Part shown: positions 38,243 to 47,683 of the stretch, piece by piece
Position numbering within the stretch: position 1 is the first letter of the stretch
Layout: every line of letters starts with the position of its first letter
Virus record (IMG/VR): IMGVR_UViG_3300008448_011290
Length of the DNA: 64,000 nucleotides
Source: a virus
Strand: one strand, 5' to 3'
The notes under the pieces: model-generated
What the model was told of the DNA's origin: nothing
The model's database searches: none
The model's input: only the letters and a program-made list of their open reading frames with translations
Translations under genes and position numbers: made by a program

Positions 38243-38629
38243 TTATTCTATGCCGTCAAGAGCAGCATCAATACCTTTTTTAGGTTTAAAAGTGTTAATG
38301 GTTTTGCCCTGTGCTGGTTTATTTGCTTGTGGATTCACTACTTGTGTTTGTACCACTTGTGTTTGAGGTATCGGTTGAGGTCTAGATTCTCTAACAGTTC
38401 TGGTTCTAACATCACTGACTTGACCTTTTGGAGCGTCATAATATTCTTTCATCTGCTCTTCTTTACTCTTGATAACCTGTCCACCTGCTCCTAACACATC
38501 GCCTCGAGCGTTGACACTCATATTGCCCACAGCTTTAACGTTTTCATTAGATGCTCTTAGTTTTTCAATATCCACCATACGACCTTGCATGGTTCTGTAA
38601 AGTTTTCTATTTGACTGTCTTGCTACCAT
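38243..38629 (-). CDS. Phage hypothetical protein
   Basis: YRT.QGR.VD...L...NE...AVGNM.VNARGD.LG.GG. Confidence 0.65.
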   Translation of the reverse strand: MVARQSNRKLYRTMQGRMVDIEKLRASNENVKAVGNMSVNARGDVLGAGGQVIKSKEEQMKEYYDAPKGQVSDVRTRTVRESRPQPIPQTQVVQTQVVNPQANKPAQGKTINTFKPKKGIDAALDGIE

Positions 38630-38659
38630 ATTATATTACTCCTTGTGTGCTTTTACTTA

Positions 38660-39184
38660 TCATCGCAAAAATTCACGGTGGTCCAAAGCATACAGCAGTG
38701 GATTTATCTTGTGTATACCTATTAAAAATAAGCAAAAACTAGCCACTGAGCTGCCTCGTCCTACACCCCATACTATGTTATTAGCTCTCAGTGTGTCTAC
38801 AAAATATATTAAAAATTGTAGAACCTTGGTAAAATTCTTCTTCTCAAACAAAGCATATTCTGTCTGTACTCGCTCTCTTTCTTGATCTGTTTGACATCTA
38901 TCCAAAAGATATTTTAACACATCTAAATCACTGTAATTTGTAGGCATGTGCCACTGAGATTGTAATCTCGAATCAAATTCTTCCGGAGTTTCATTGTGTT
39001 GAGGTTCTCCTTTTATTACGGGTAAATCTATGCCTAACTCCGCTAGAGCTGTGAGATATGGTTCTGTATTTTCTATATAGAGTTGACTGATATCTGCTGA
39101 GGGATTTTGATAGAGATGTTCAATGATGCTCTGCTCGTCATAAACGCAATCACCCCAATTATTTCTTCTTGCCTTTGCCACCAT
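38660..39184 (-). CDS. Stand-alone fragment homologous to DNA polymerase III alpha (DnaE)
   Basis: ERV..EY..F, YFVD.....I.WGVGRGSSVAS...FLIGI..INP. Confidence 0.75.
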   Translation of the reverse strand: MVAKARRNNWGDCVYDEQSIIEHLYQNPSADISQLYIENTEPYLTALAELGIDLPVIKGEPQHNETPEEFDSRLQSQWHMPTNYSDLDVLKYLLDRCQTDQERERVQTEYALFEKKNFTKVLQFLIYFVDTLRANNIVWGVGRGSSVASFCLFLIGIHKINPLLYALDHREFLR

Positions 39185-39794
39185 CTAAAACCTTTGGATT
39201 AAATTCAAATATTTTAGCATTTTCTCGGTGTTCGTCAACCTCAGCGATCTCTTTGTTCCAGCTGAAATGTCCTGTGTATATGCCTTTTTCCAATTCTTCA
39301 TCATAAGTCGCCGTGTCGGGTCTTAACCACCATGGATCCATCTTATTGTACTTGGCAGAGAACCAATTGTCAACGTCTAATAGCTCTAATTCTGGGCCAT
39401 CTTTCTCTATAGTGTACACTATACCATCGCCTTGATAACTGCCCAATTGCAGTCGATCCACTGTGATTTTACCTTCTAATATGGCATTGCTTTTGGCAAA
39501 ACAAGCTGCTGCCATCACTTGATCATAGGGAGGTCGTGGTAGCTCTATGAATCGATTATCGCTGTTTAATTTTAATAATTGGTAAAGATCCTCATCTCTC
39601 CAGGTAATAATGGTATTAGCAAATACTAATTGATAGAGGCTTTTTAATCGCTCAAAATATTCACTCTGCTCTGCAAGATCGGCGGTGATGGGAGAGATAT
39701 GACAGGTCACATCATACTGATTATGAAACAACTCATCACCTACGATTATGACTGTGCGAAATTCTGTTTTCCAAGAGAAAGATTTGCTCTTCAT
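39159..39794 (-). CDS. Phage hypothetical protein
   Basis: ORF, PYDQ motif. Confidence 0.6.
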   Translation of the reverse strand: MKSKSFSWKTEFRTVIIVGDELFHNQYDVTCHISPITADLAEQSEYFERLKSLYQLVFANTIITWRDEDLYQLLKLNSDNRFIELPRPPYDQVMAAACFAKSNAILEGKITVDRLQLGSYQGDGIVYTIEKDGPELELLDVDNWFSAKYNKMDPWWLRPDTATYDEELEKGIYTGHFSWNKEIAEVDEHRENAKIFEFNPKVLDGGKGKKK

Positions 39795-39804
39795 CCTGTA
39801 GTTA

Positions 39805-40059
39805 TTATTCGATATTGATCAGCTCGCCCATATCTGGTTCTCCTCGAGCTTTTTTATATTCGTCTTGCCAGGTCTTTAATCGTCTGCGTCTCTGCTCGTC
39901 TTGGTAAGATACCAAAGCATTCTGCAGTTGTGCCAGTAGTTCTGGATTCCTCATCCATCTTTTGGCCTGTGCTATTTTTTTGGTAAGTTCTCTAATACGT
40001 TTTCCAAGTTCCGCTTCGGGCATATTACCGAGTTCTTCTTGTAATGGATGAAAATACAT
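39805..40059 (-). CDS. Hypothetical coiled-coil protein
   Basis: MYFHPL...LINIE. Confidence 0.6.
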   Translation of the reverse strand: MYFHPLQEELGNMPEAELGKRIRELTKKIAQAKRWMRNPELLAQLQNALVSYQDEQRRRRLKTWQDEYKKARGEPDMGELINIE

Positions 40060-40068
40060 TGTTATATG

Positions 40069-40632
40069 TTAGACGTACAGTTTGCCTATTTGATGCATCA
40101 GCACAGTGGTACCACCGTTTGCTGTGACAAACTCATAGAGATATCTGCCTGTGCCAGCCACAGTGATGATATCTGTGCCACTGTCAAATCCTGTTACATT
40201 GTCTGCAACCAGTGTAGCCGATGTTACAGTTAAAGTATGTGCTGTGTTTGCAAATGTGATATCTAATATTATTCTACCCAGTTTAGCTGAAGCAGGCCAG
40301 TTATTAAAAGCCAGAGTGATTGAACCACTGGTAGTGATAGTTTGATAATGACCACTCTCGTGATTTAAAATCACAGATCCTGACACAGAGCCATGTGCAT
40401 AAACAGTTTCAGCACAATCTTTAAGAGTGGCTCTAGTAACTACGTAATCATTGAAACTAGTATTAGTGTCAGTGCTCGCTTTGTTGTCCTGTAGATCTAC
40501 AATTTCGTCCCTGGCTTCTGTGAAATTATTTTTAATTGCTGTAAAATTATCTCGAAATCCCTGTGAACTATTGTCTTGTCCTGCTACAGGAAAAGAGCTA
40601 TCTATATTGCCTGGTACTATATTGCTTGACAT
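40069..40632 (-). CDS. Putative baseplate/tail structural protein
   Basis: ID..FPVAGQDN.SQGFRDNF..IK.N, directly downstream of the baseplate-like gene. Confidence 0.6.
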   Translation of the reverse strand: MSSNIVPGNIDSSFPVAGQDNSSQGFRDNFTAIKNNFTEARDEIVDLQDNKASTDTNTSFNDYVVTRATLKDCAETVYAHGSVSGSVILNHESGHYQTITTSGSITLAFNNWPASAKLGRIILDITFANTAHTLTVTSATLVADNVTGFDSGTDIITVAGTGRYLYEFVTANGGTTVLMHQIGKLYV

Positions 40633-40633
40633 A

Positions 40634-43180
40634 TTATTCTTTTAGTTTCCTTCTAAATGCTAGATATTTATCTCCCTGTCTCTCCACTGTAATTTTAACA
40701 CTAGCAGCCGGAGCGTTGGTAAAATTAATGGTGGTTTTTTTGGTAACAGTATCGTGTGTTAGATAGAACTCTGGCTCGTAATCTGCAGATCGTATCAGAG
40801 TATCTGCACTGAGATATGTAGGATCTTCATCATTGTCTGCTGTGACTTGATCCCCATATCTTAACACATGAGAGTTTGTTCTAATTTTAATCTCTTCTTC
40901 ATGCACAATTTCATTTAATGTAAATGTTCGAGTACTGCCATCTGGAATTATTGTGCCTGTGTCCACTCGACCAGCATTAACCACATAACGATCTATACGG
41001 AAAAAGATTTTTTTAAAATCAATATTTTTGTCTAATATTCTTCTTCTTACGAGTGCAGATTTGCCTGGTTTACAATATGCTAAAACTACAGCTGGTTTAT
41101 AACCCAATGGTACTCCTGATCCATCTTGCGAAGTTCTCATCCATAGAGGTAAATGTATGAATTCTTTTTGTCCTAAATTTTTCATAACAGATCTCATGTT
41201 CGCTATAGCATTAGGAAATAATTTTTCAAATGTGCCAAGATCTGAACTTAACGGATGAGCATATCTAATTTTACTACCTGATATACTGAAACTTAAACCA
41301 CCATCTGTGGTAACAGTATAATCATCATAGTTGTCTGTGGTGATTCTAGTTACATCTGCTACAGGACCTAACATCGGTCTGTGAATATCTGTGCGTAATG
41401 TGATGCTTTTAGGTACGGATATTCCATCATTATTCACAAGATTATCCACCATCTCTATGTATACCACTTCATATTTTACAACACCATTCTGTCGAGCCAC
41501 TGCTGTTTTTATGTTTCCAAAATACAGTGTCTTGGGTTCATGATTTTGTTCCATGACCTGTTGTAATGTTGTGAGAGTTTGATGTTCTAATCCTGCTATC
41601 AGTAACATGTCTGGACTCTGTCTCACACCGAATGCTGGATCTTCTGATCGAAATATTACGTCATCATTGTTGATGTTGGGATCCTGTGCTATAGAATAGA
41701 ATAAATCACGATCAGAAACAGAATTAACTCTATTGGATAGTAATCCTTGAGCTGACATATTGCCATATTCTACACTGTAAGGAAGATACACAGTGATAGT
41801 GAATTGTTTATTAGCAGCGGCTGATTGATATTGATCACTCACATTCACAGTGAATATGTAATCAAATGATGTAGCGGAATCATCTAATATTCTAAATTCT
41901 GTGAGATCCACCTTACCTATAATATTGCCCTGTGAGGATAGAGACAATCCTGGCGGTAGCGATCCTGCTGTGACAGAATAAGTCAATACTCGGTTAGTTT
42001 CTGCTGCTTCAGCTTCTATAGAAAACAAAGAAGGTATACCTGGTGTAATTGTGCCTATATCAGTACCAGTTAAGAAAGCAATACCCACATCAATGTTGCC
42101 AATCACCGTCATTGTGAATGTTTTATCAGTGAACACTGTTACACCAGCCAGCGGAGTTCGATTGGCTCTCACTGTGAAACTGTATTCTGATTCTATGGCT
42201 GCCTGTGTGGGTAGAGCTCCATATATTTCACCGGTGGTTATATCTATGCTCAATCCTGTGGGCAGAGCTCCTCCCACAATGCTGTACTCGAGAGAGGCCT
42301 GTAATGGATCAAAGTCTACCACATCAATTTTGATTACACATTGATTGTCATGTCGGAATGTGCCTAAATTGCTTGGAGTTAAGAACACTGGTCTTCGATT
42401 AGCACTTAAACTCATCACCAGTGGAAAACCATCATAGACATTCTGATCCACTGAAATTCTGTTATTGTCTACTCGCCAAAAATCTGCTGTGAAAACAAAT
42501 ATGCTGTTGATCTGTTCCACTGAAGTGGTTCCATCTGTGACTCTTATTGTGAATTCATAGTTCACTGATCTTGAAGTAGAATACACTGTGGGATCGAATG
42601 GAGAGTCATCGAAAGCATAACCAACTGTGCTGTCATCATATCCTCCTATGGCTCCATACCTTTCATCATCAGCTAATAACACAGTGCCTGATATCAATCC
42701 TGATGTGCTTATGGTAACACCTGGTGGTAGAGATCCTCCTGCTATGTCATACACTAGAGTTTGTCCAGCGGCTGTGTCAGTATCAGAAGCTTCTATTTGA
42801 TATTCTATATAACTGCCATCCAATACCCATTTGTATGTGGGTTTAGAAGAATCAGTCAGATCTAATTCGCCTGCAGGTGTTTCTATCACAGGAGCATCTG
42901 CACCTTTGACCTGTAAACTGAATGTGCGATCTGCTATATTGGTACCGTCTGAAACTCGCACTACGAAGTTGTAAAGGGATCTTGTGGCAACTTCAGACGG
43001 TACGCCTTGCAGTACTCCATCAGTAGTAAGTTCAATACCTGGTGGTAGAGTGCCTGCAACCTTGGAGTAGGTCAAAGTGGTACTGTCAGCATCTTCAGCT
43101 TCCAGTTGATAGGAATAGAACGATTGCTCGTTTATAATCGCTATTTTGCCCGCTGTGGTTTTCCAGATCGGTGCTGCCAT
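40634..43180 (-). CDS. Virion (baseplate) protein with putative Ig (He_PIG/cadherin-like) repeats
   Basis: Four G.LP.GL.L...G.I.G repeats; late promoter plus AGGAG. Confidence 0.75.
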   Translation of the reverse strand: MAAPIWKTTAGKIAIINEQSFYSYQLEAEDADSTTLTYSKVAGTLPPGIELTTDGVLQGVPSEVATRSLYNFVVRVSDGTNIADRTFSLQVKGADAPVIETPAGELDLTDSSKPTYKWVLDGSYIEYQIEASDTDTAAGQTLVYDIAGGSLPPGVTISTSGLISGTVLLADDERYGAIGGYDDSTVGYAFDDSPFDPTVYSTSRSVNYEFTIRVTDGTTSVEQINSIFVFTADFWRVDNNRISVDQNVYDGFPLVMSLSANRRPVFLTPSNLGTFRHDNQCVIKIDVVDFDPLQASLEYSIVGGALPTGLSIDITTGEIYGALPTQAAIESEYSFTVRANRTPLAGVTVFTDKTFTMTVIGNIDVGIAFLTGTDIGTITPGIPSLFSIEAEAAETNRVLTYSVTAGSLPPGLSLSSQGNIIGKVDLTEFRILDDSATSFDYIFTVNVSDQYQSAAANKQFTITVYLPYSVEYGNMSAQGLLSNRVNSVSDRDLFYSIAQDPNINNDDVIFRSEDPAFGVRQSPDMLLIAGLEHQTLTTLQQVMEQNHEPKTLYFGNIKTAVARQNGVVKYEVVYIEMVDNLVNNDGISVPKSITLRTDIHRPMLGPVADVTRITTDNYDDYTVTTDGGLSFSISGSKIRYAHPLSSDLGTFEKLFPNAIANMRSVMKNLGQKEFIHLPLWMRTSQDGSGVPLGYKPAVVLAYCKPGKSALVRRRILDKNIDFKKIFFRIDRYVVNAGRVDTGTIIPDGSTRTFTLNEIVHEEEIKIRTNSHVLRYGDQVTADNDEDPTYLSADTLIRSADYEPEFYLTHDTVTKKTTINFTNAPAASVKITVERQGDKYLAFRRKLKE

Positions 43181-43223
43181 TTGAACTTACTCCTTTACAG
43201 GTGTATTTATGGTAAACTAAGGA

Positions 43224-44663
43224 TTAACTTTTAGCGTAATAAGGTATCACGTAAGGAGTGCCATTGATTTTAAACTCAATATATCCTGATGGATTAGCTG
43301 GCAATGCACTTGCAGCACCCGCTGAACCCACTGTGCTCTGTGTGGGCAATTTAAAGTCCACTGTGCCTGTGCCTTGCGACGCTATCACTATGTCTTGGTT
43401 AGAATCAAAACTTCTAATACTGTTTGTGTCCAATGTGCCAGAAAGAGCCACTGTGGTAGCATTGATTTGACCTGCTCCAACACGAGCAGCATTTAATATA
43501 ATTTGACCACCAGCATTGGCCACAATGTTTATGTCGCCATTGGTAGTTGAAGTTATTGTATTACTGTAAACCTGTATATTGCCCAATTGTGTAATAAAAC
43601 CATCTGGCACAGTTACATTGCCTGATATGGTTTGAGCCACTGTGGTCATTGCGGATTGAACATCTACTATTCCTGTGCCTTGTGCTGATAGAGATAGATT
43701 GGCATTGGAAGCAGGTGATTTTATTCGATCTGAATATACAGTGCCTTGTGTTGTAATATTGCCAGACACAGAATGATTGCCTGTGATGCTCACATCTCCA
43801 GTAACAGTAATACCATTCCCAACAATAACAGTGGTTAAATTTGCAGTGCCTGTAGAGCTGATGTCGTATAGATATGTTGTGCCTAATACATCTAGACTGC
43901 CAGGTATACTCACTAGTCCTGTGCCTCCCGGAGTCAGTATTAAGTCTGCATTGGATGCTGTACCTATGATGTTGTCATCAAAAGTTAAATTATCTATAGT
44001 TGTTGCTCCAGTTATAGTAGGAGAAGTTAAAATTTTATTTGTTAAAGTCTGTCCACCTGTTAGAGTAACTACAGATGAATCTATGTCTAGAGTTAGTGCA
44101 TCACCAGTCACTGCTGATGTTAATCCTGTGCCTCCAGCAATTTTAAAAATCTCTCCAGAATTAACAGCAGTACCTGTGCTGTCATCACCTACGAAAGTGA
44201 TGGCCTGTGCCACATTCTGTGCATCCACATAGGCTTTTACTGCGTTCTGTGTAGGAACCACTGTGTTGCTAGTACCTAGAGCAGTATTGGTTGAAAATTC
44301 TGTAATGGTTGCTCCTGTGGCCAGTGTCAATGATGTGTTCAATGTTGCAGCACCTGTGACATCCAGAGCTCCGGTTACATTGGTATCTGCCATTAATTCT
44401 ATTACCCCTGTGCCATTTGGATTCAATAGTATATTAAAATTAGTTGGTGTGCTGATTGTAGTGTCATTGAATATTAAATTGTCTATGGTAGCAGTGCCTG
44501 TGATAGTGGGAGTGGTTATCTGCGGTGAAGAGAATGTATCCGCTGAGCTGTCATCTCCGTATAATTCTGCAAAATTGTCGTTAATCTTTTGAAACGCTGT
44601 GCGTAACGGATCACCTGTGCCGTCGTTTGCTGTAGATCCTATGTTAATTGTCTGTTTTGGCAT
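43224..44663 (-). CDS. Tail fibre/spike with gp9/gp10-like N-terminus
   Basis: INIG..ANDGTGD.LRTAF.KIN.NF.ELY; L.PNGTG-type repeats. Confidence 0.75.
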   Translation of the reverse strand: MPKQTINIGSTANDGTGDPLRTAFQKINDNFAELYGDDSSADTFSSPQITTPTITGTATIDNLIFNDTTISTPTNFNILLNPNGTGVIELMADTNVTGALDVTGAATLNTSLTLATGATITEFSTNTALGTSNTVVPTQNAVKAYVDAQNVAQAITFVGDDSTGTAVNSGEIFKIAGGTGLTSAVTGDALTLDIDSSVVTLTGGQTLTNKILTSPTITGATTIDNLTFDDNIIGTASNADLILTPGGTGLVSIPGSLDVLGTTYLYDISSTGTANLTTVIVGNGITVTGDVSITGNHSVSGNITTQGTVYSDRIKSPASNANLSLSAQGTGIVDVQSAMTTVAQTISGNVTVPDGFITQLGNIQVYSNTITSTTNGDINIVANAGGQIILNAARVGAGQINATTVALSGTLDTNSIRSFDSNQDIVIASQGTGTVDFKLPTQSTVGSAGAASALPANPSGYIEFKINGTPYVIPYYAKS

Positions 44664-44712
44664 ACTGATTATTTACCAAAGATTTTATAAACCTAATGTG
44701 ATTATTATTATG

Positions 44713-46116
44713 TTATGTTACCACGTTGATGGTATTACCCATTACACTATGGTTTATGCATTGATAGTATAAAGTGCTAGGAGCGTCCATGGGCACTGTG
44801 AAAGTTATTGTGTTAGTGCCAGCACCAGACACTCCATTGGTGTATGCAGCACCTCCATCGCTCACTCTAATTTCTAAAGGATGACCAGCATGCACAGTGT
44901 TGCTGAAAATGTATGTGGTTCCTCTGTGCAAATACAGAACGGGATCGTTGGTGGCTGCGTAAAAACCTGGACCAGTTAATACATAATCAGAAGCACCACT
45001 GTTGGACAAACTCCATCTGATTATAGGACCATTCTGTTTCACCCAGTTGGTGCCATTGTAATACAGCACATCGCCCACTGTGGGTGCGGATATCACTACA
45101 TCTGTGAGGTCATCCAAACTTGCACTAATTCCAGTGCTGTTGATGTACACAGTGTCTCCAGTAACTGTAACACCAGTGGTTCCTTGTCCTTCGAATTTTA
45201 TAGTTTCTCCTGTTGTGAATACTGTACCATTACTGTCATCACCTACTATTGTGAATGACGATGATGCCACTACCTGATTATCCACATAGTTTTTTGTGGC
45301 TGCATCTTGATTATCCACAGGATCTTGTACATTGACTATCTTGTTGTTATTTAAATTTAAAGTGTCGTCGATTTGTATAGCAGTCGAATCATCACTCTGA
45401 ATGCTGTTGACATATAAAGCACCGCTGATTTGTAAAGAATCGTTCACATTTACTCTTGTAGAATCTGGAGAAGATATAGTGTTGGTTAATATAGAAGATG
45501 CTGATACATTGCCTGCTGTGCTGATAGAATTTCCAAATTGTATCTCTGAAGAATCATTGCTGAAAATTCCATTGGTAGCAATAAAAGGTGCAGTCAGTGT
45601 GCCGGATACATTTAATTTTTCTTTTATTTCAATTGCGGAAGAATCTTCTGAACTGATCTCATTCACAATCAAATCTTTCACATTTAATATGCCTGATATA
45701 TTCACAGAATCACTGATTTGTATGGCTGAGCTGTCATCGCTCTGTAATAGATTAACATGTATGATAGCAGCTGATAGCGTGCCTGTAACGTCCACAGATT
45801 CTGCTAGAGTAATTTTAGATGAGTTATCTGAACTAACAGTGGTTCCATTTATCGTCAGTGCGCTCAGCACCACATTTCCTGTGCCATTGGGTGTAAGAGT
45901 TATGTTACCATTGGTAGCAGAGGTAGTGATTATGTAGGTTTGCAGATCCAGATTGCCACCCAATTGCGGAGATCCATCTTCCACTAGATCATTGGCTTCT
46001 GCTGTGGTTCCGTATAACTCAGTGAAATTCGTATTGATCTTCTGCATCGCTGTGCGAAGATCATCACCTGTTCCGTCGTTTGCGTTAGTTCCTACATTTA
46101 TATTAATTCTTGCCAT
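44713..46116 (-). CDS. Tail fibre with gp9/gp10-like N-terminus, 30-aa repeats and C-terminal cupredoxin-like domain
   Basis: Same N-terminal motif; SxDS[ST] repeats; DAATKNYVD; HPL...YYQCINHSVMG. Confidence 0.75.
   Translation of the reverse strand: MARININVGTNANDGTGDDLRTAMQKINTNFTELYGTTAEANDLVEDGSPQLGGNLDLQTYIITTSATNGNITLTPNGTGNVVLSALTINGTTVSSDNSSKITLAESVDVTGTLSAAIIHVNLLQSDDSSAIQISDSVNISGILNVKDLIVNEISSEDSSAIEIKEKLNVSGTLTAPFIATNGIFSNDSSEIQFGNSISTAGNVSASSILTNTISSPDSTRVNVNDSLQISGALYVNSIQSDDSTAIQIDDTLNLNNNKIVNVQDPVDNQDAATKNYVDNQVVASSSFTIVGDDSNGTVFTTGETIKFEGQGTTGVTVTGDTVYINSTGISASLDDLTDVVISAPTVGDVLYYNGTNWVKQNGPIIRWSLSNSGASDYVLTGPGFYAATNDPVLYLHRGTTYIFSNTVHAGHPLEIRVSDGGAAYTNGVSGAGTNTITFTVPMDAPSTLYYQCINHSVMGNTINVVT
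45360..45835 (-). repeat. Six imperfect ~30-aa protein repeats in the fibre (approximate limits)
   Basis: SDNSS, SDDSS, SEDSS, SNDSS, SPDST, SDDST spaced 30, 30, 30, 30 and 25 aa. Confidence 0.8.
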
Positions 46117-46117
46117 A

Positions 46118-46465
46118 TTATATCGCCTGTAATATTAATTTTTTCCATATAGTAGTTGAACCATCATAATTGGATACACATATATATAAATTGGTACCAT
46201 CCCATGATATAGATCCTGCCACATCTCCTGATTCACCAGTGGCTGTTGGAGTTTTGCTAGTGTTGATCACTAGTCTGTCTCCATTGACCACTATCTGCCC
46301 TGTGCCATTAGCACTCAGTGTTAGATTGGCATTGGTAGTTTCTGTAGTAATTGTGCCAGAATATAATTCTGCAAAATTAGTATTAACTTTGGTGAATGCC
46401 GTGCGTAGACTGTCGCCTGTGGCTGAATTTCCTGCTGTTCCTGTGTCAATTGTAAGTCTGCTCAT
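46118..46465 (-). CDS. Short fibre/baseplate protein with the same N-terminal motif
   Basis: TGDSLRTAFTKVNTNFAELY; C-terminal GD.AG.I.WD...LYIC...W. Confidence 0.7.
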   Translation of the reverse strand: MSRLTIDTGTAGNSATGDSLRTAFTKVNTNFAELYSGTITTETTNANLTLSANGTGQIVVNGDRLVINTSKTPTATGESGDVAGSISWDGTNLYICVSNYDGSTTIWKKLILQAI

Positions 46466-46507
46466 ATAATGATCCGCATGTATTTATTAAATATTTCCGA
46501 GGATATC

Positions 46508-46795
46508 ATGTTCATAGAAACACTGAAAACACTCCGACTGTACGAACGCCAGAGCAAACTGGGTGTATATCATACCTTCAAAAGAAAAAACACTCTATAT
46601 GTATTCAAGTGCGACTGCTGCGGCACTACTTTTTTCCGTCCTAAAAGCCGAGTGGATCAGGATCGAGCTACCAATGATTATAAACACGTGTGCAGTTTCT
46701 GTGATTCCAAAAGATTTGCTCAAAAAGTGGGTGTTAAAATGCGTCGAATCTACCGTACCGATGCTAGCAGTGATAGACCTATAGGCAGTACTTAA
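46508..46795 (+). CDS. Small Zn-finger-like protein
   Basis: CDCC...HVCSFC; GAGGA RBS; plus-strand TAAATA at 46488-46493. Confidence 0.65.
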   Translation: MFIETLKTLRLYERQSKLGVYHTFKRKNTLYVFKCDCCGTTFFRPKSRVDQDRATNDYKHVCSFCDSKRFAQKVGVKMRRIYRTDASSDRPIGST

Positions 46796-47127
46796 ACAGA
46801 GAAACTCTCACCACAACCACAACCACCTGAAGCATTGGGATTGGATATCTCAAATTGCGACCCAAACACTTCTTCTCGCCAATCGATACGTGTGCCTGCC
46901 ACGTAGAGCATGCTGGTAGAATCCACTACAAAACGACCATCTTCCCAAGATTCCACTACATCATCTTTCTGTATCTGTTCTGCAGAATCTACAAATCCCC
47001 AATCGTATTTGAATCCTGCACAACCTCCGCCTCGCACACCTAAACTCACAGCATATTTGCCAGGATTTCGAGACAGCAAATTGCTCATCTGTTTCTTCGC
47101 TGATTCTGTTAGTTCAAACCATTGCAT
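46792..47127 (-). CDS. iscA: A-type Fe-S carrier (IscA/SufA/HesB)
   Basis: GGGCAG, NPNA..GCGCGESF. Confidence 0.93.
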   Translation of the reverse strand: MQWFELTESAKKQMSNLLSRNPGKYAVSLGVRGGGCAGFKYDWGFVDSAEQIQKDDVVESWEDGRFVVDSTSMLYVAGTRIDWREEVFGSQFEISNPNASGGCGCGESFSV

Positions 47128-47683
47128 AATATTCCTTGTCTATTGCTAGATAAAATGTCACTCGCATCTTATCAGATCTATTCCATCCACCATGTAATTG
47201 ACTACCGTCCATAGAAACTATGTCCCCAGTAGCCCATGATTTCTTAATATTATTTACATGGAATCCCACTAGCTCTACATTATCACTGGGCATGTCTATG
47301 CCAATAATGGTCACTATGCCTAACTCTTCTCTCCAACTTTCCTGCTGTTTTAACGGTTTAATGTCATCACAGTGATCTGGTATAATACTGTGGGCAGCCA
47401 CATAATTTACATTGAGACTTTTTAAACCAGGAATAGTAACAGCAAATTGTGTGCTCTTGGGCCAATAAGGTTCGTAATCTTTGTTAATTTTTCCTCCCAT
47501 TATTAGAGCATGACAGTGCCAGTCCACTTGAGGAGGCCATGGTAACTGACGGTATCTTTCTTTGATAGATTCTGCAACTTTGTAAAGATCTAACATTGGA
47601 TTATATTCTGATAATCCTGTATCTCTTAACTGTTCCAATAATTCTGGGTGACGATACTGTTTATAATCTATCCAACTCATCAT
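47114..47683 (-). CDS. Asp/Asn beta-hydroxylase-like Fe(II)/2OG oxygenase
   Basis: IPDHCD, DG..LHGGWN.S..MRV. Confidence 0.65.
   Translation of the reverse strand: MMSWIDYKQYRHPELLEQLRDTGLSEYNPMLDLYKVAESIKERYRQLPWPPQVDWHCHALIMGGKINKDYEPYWPKSTQFAVTIPGLKSLNVNYVAAHSIIPDHCDDIKPLKQQESWREELGIVTIIGIDMPSDNVELVGFHVNNIKKSWATGDIVSMDGSQLHGGWNRSDKMRVTFYLAIDKEYYAMV

Noticed and set aside
43224-46465. Diversity-generating retroelement acting on the fibres
   Set aside because: No reverse transcriptase and no near-identical TR/VR pair differing at adenines; the similarity is confined to N-terminal protein motifs
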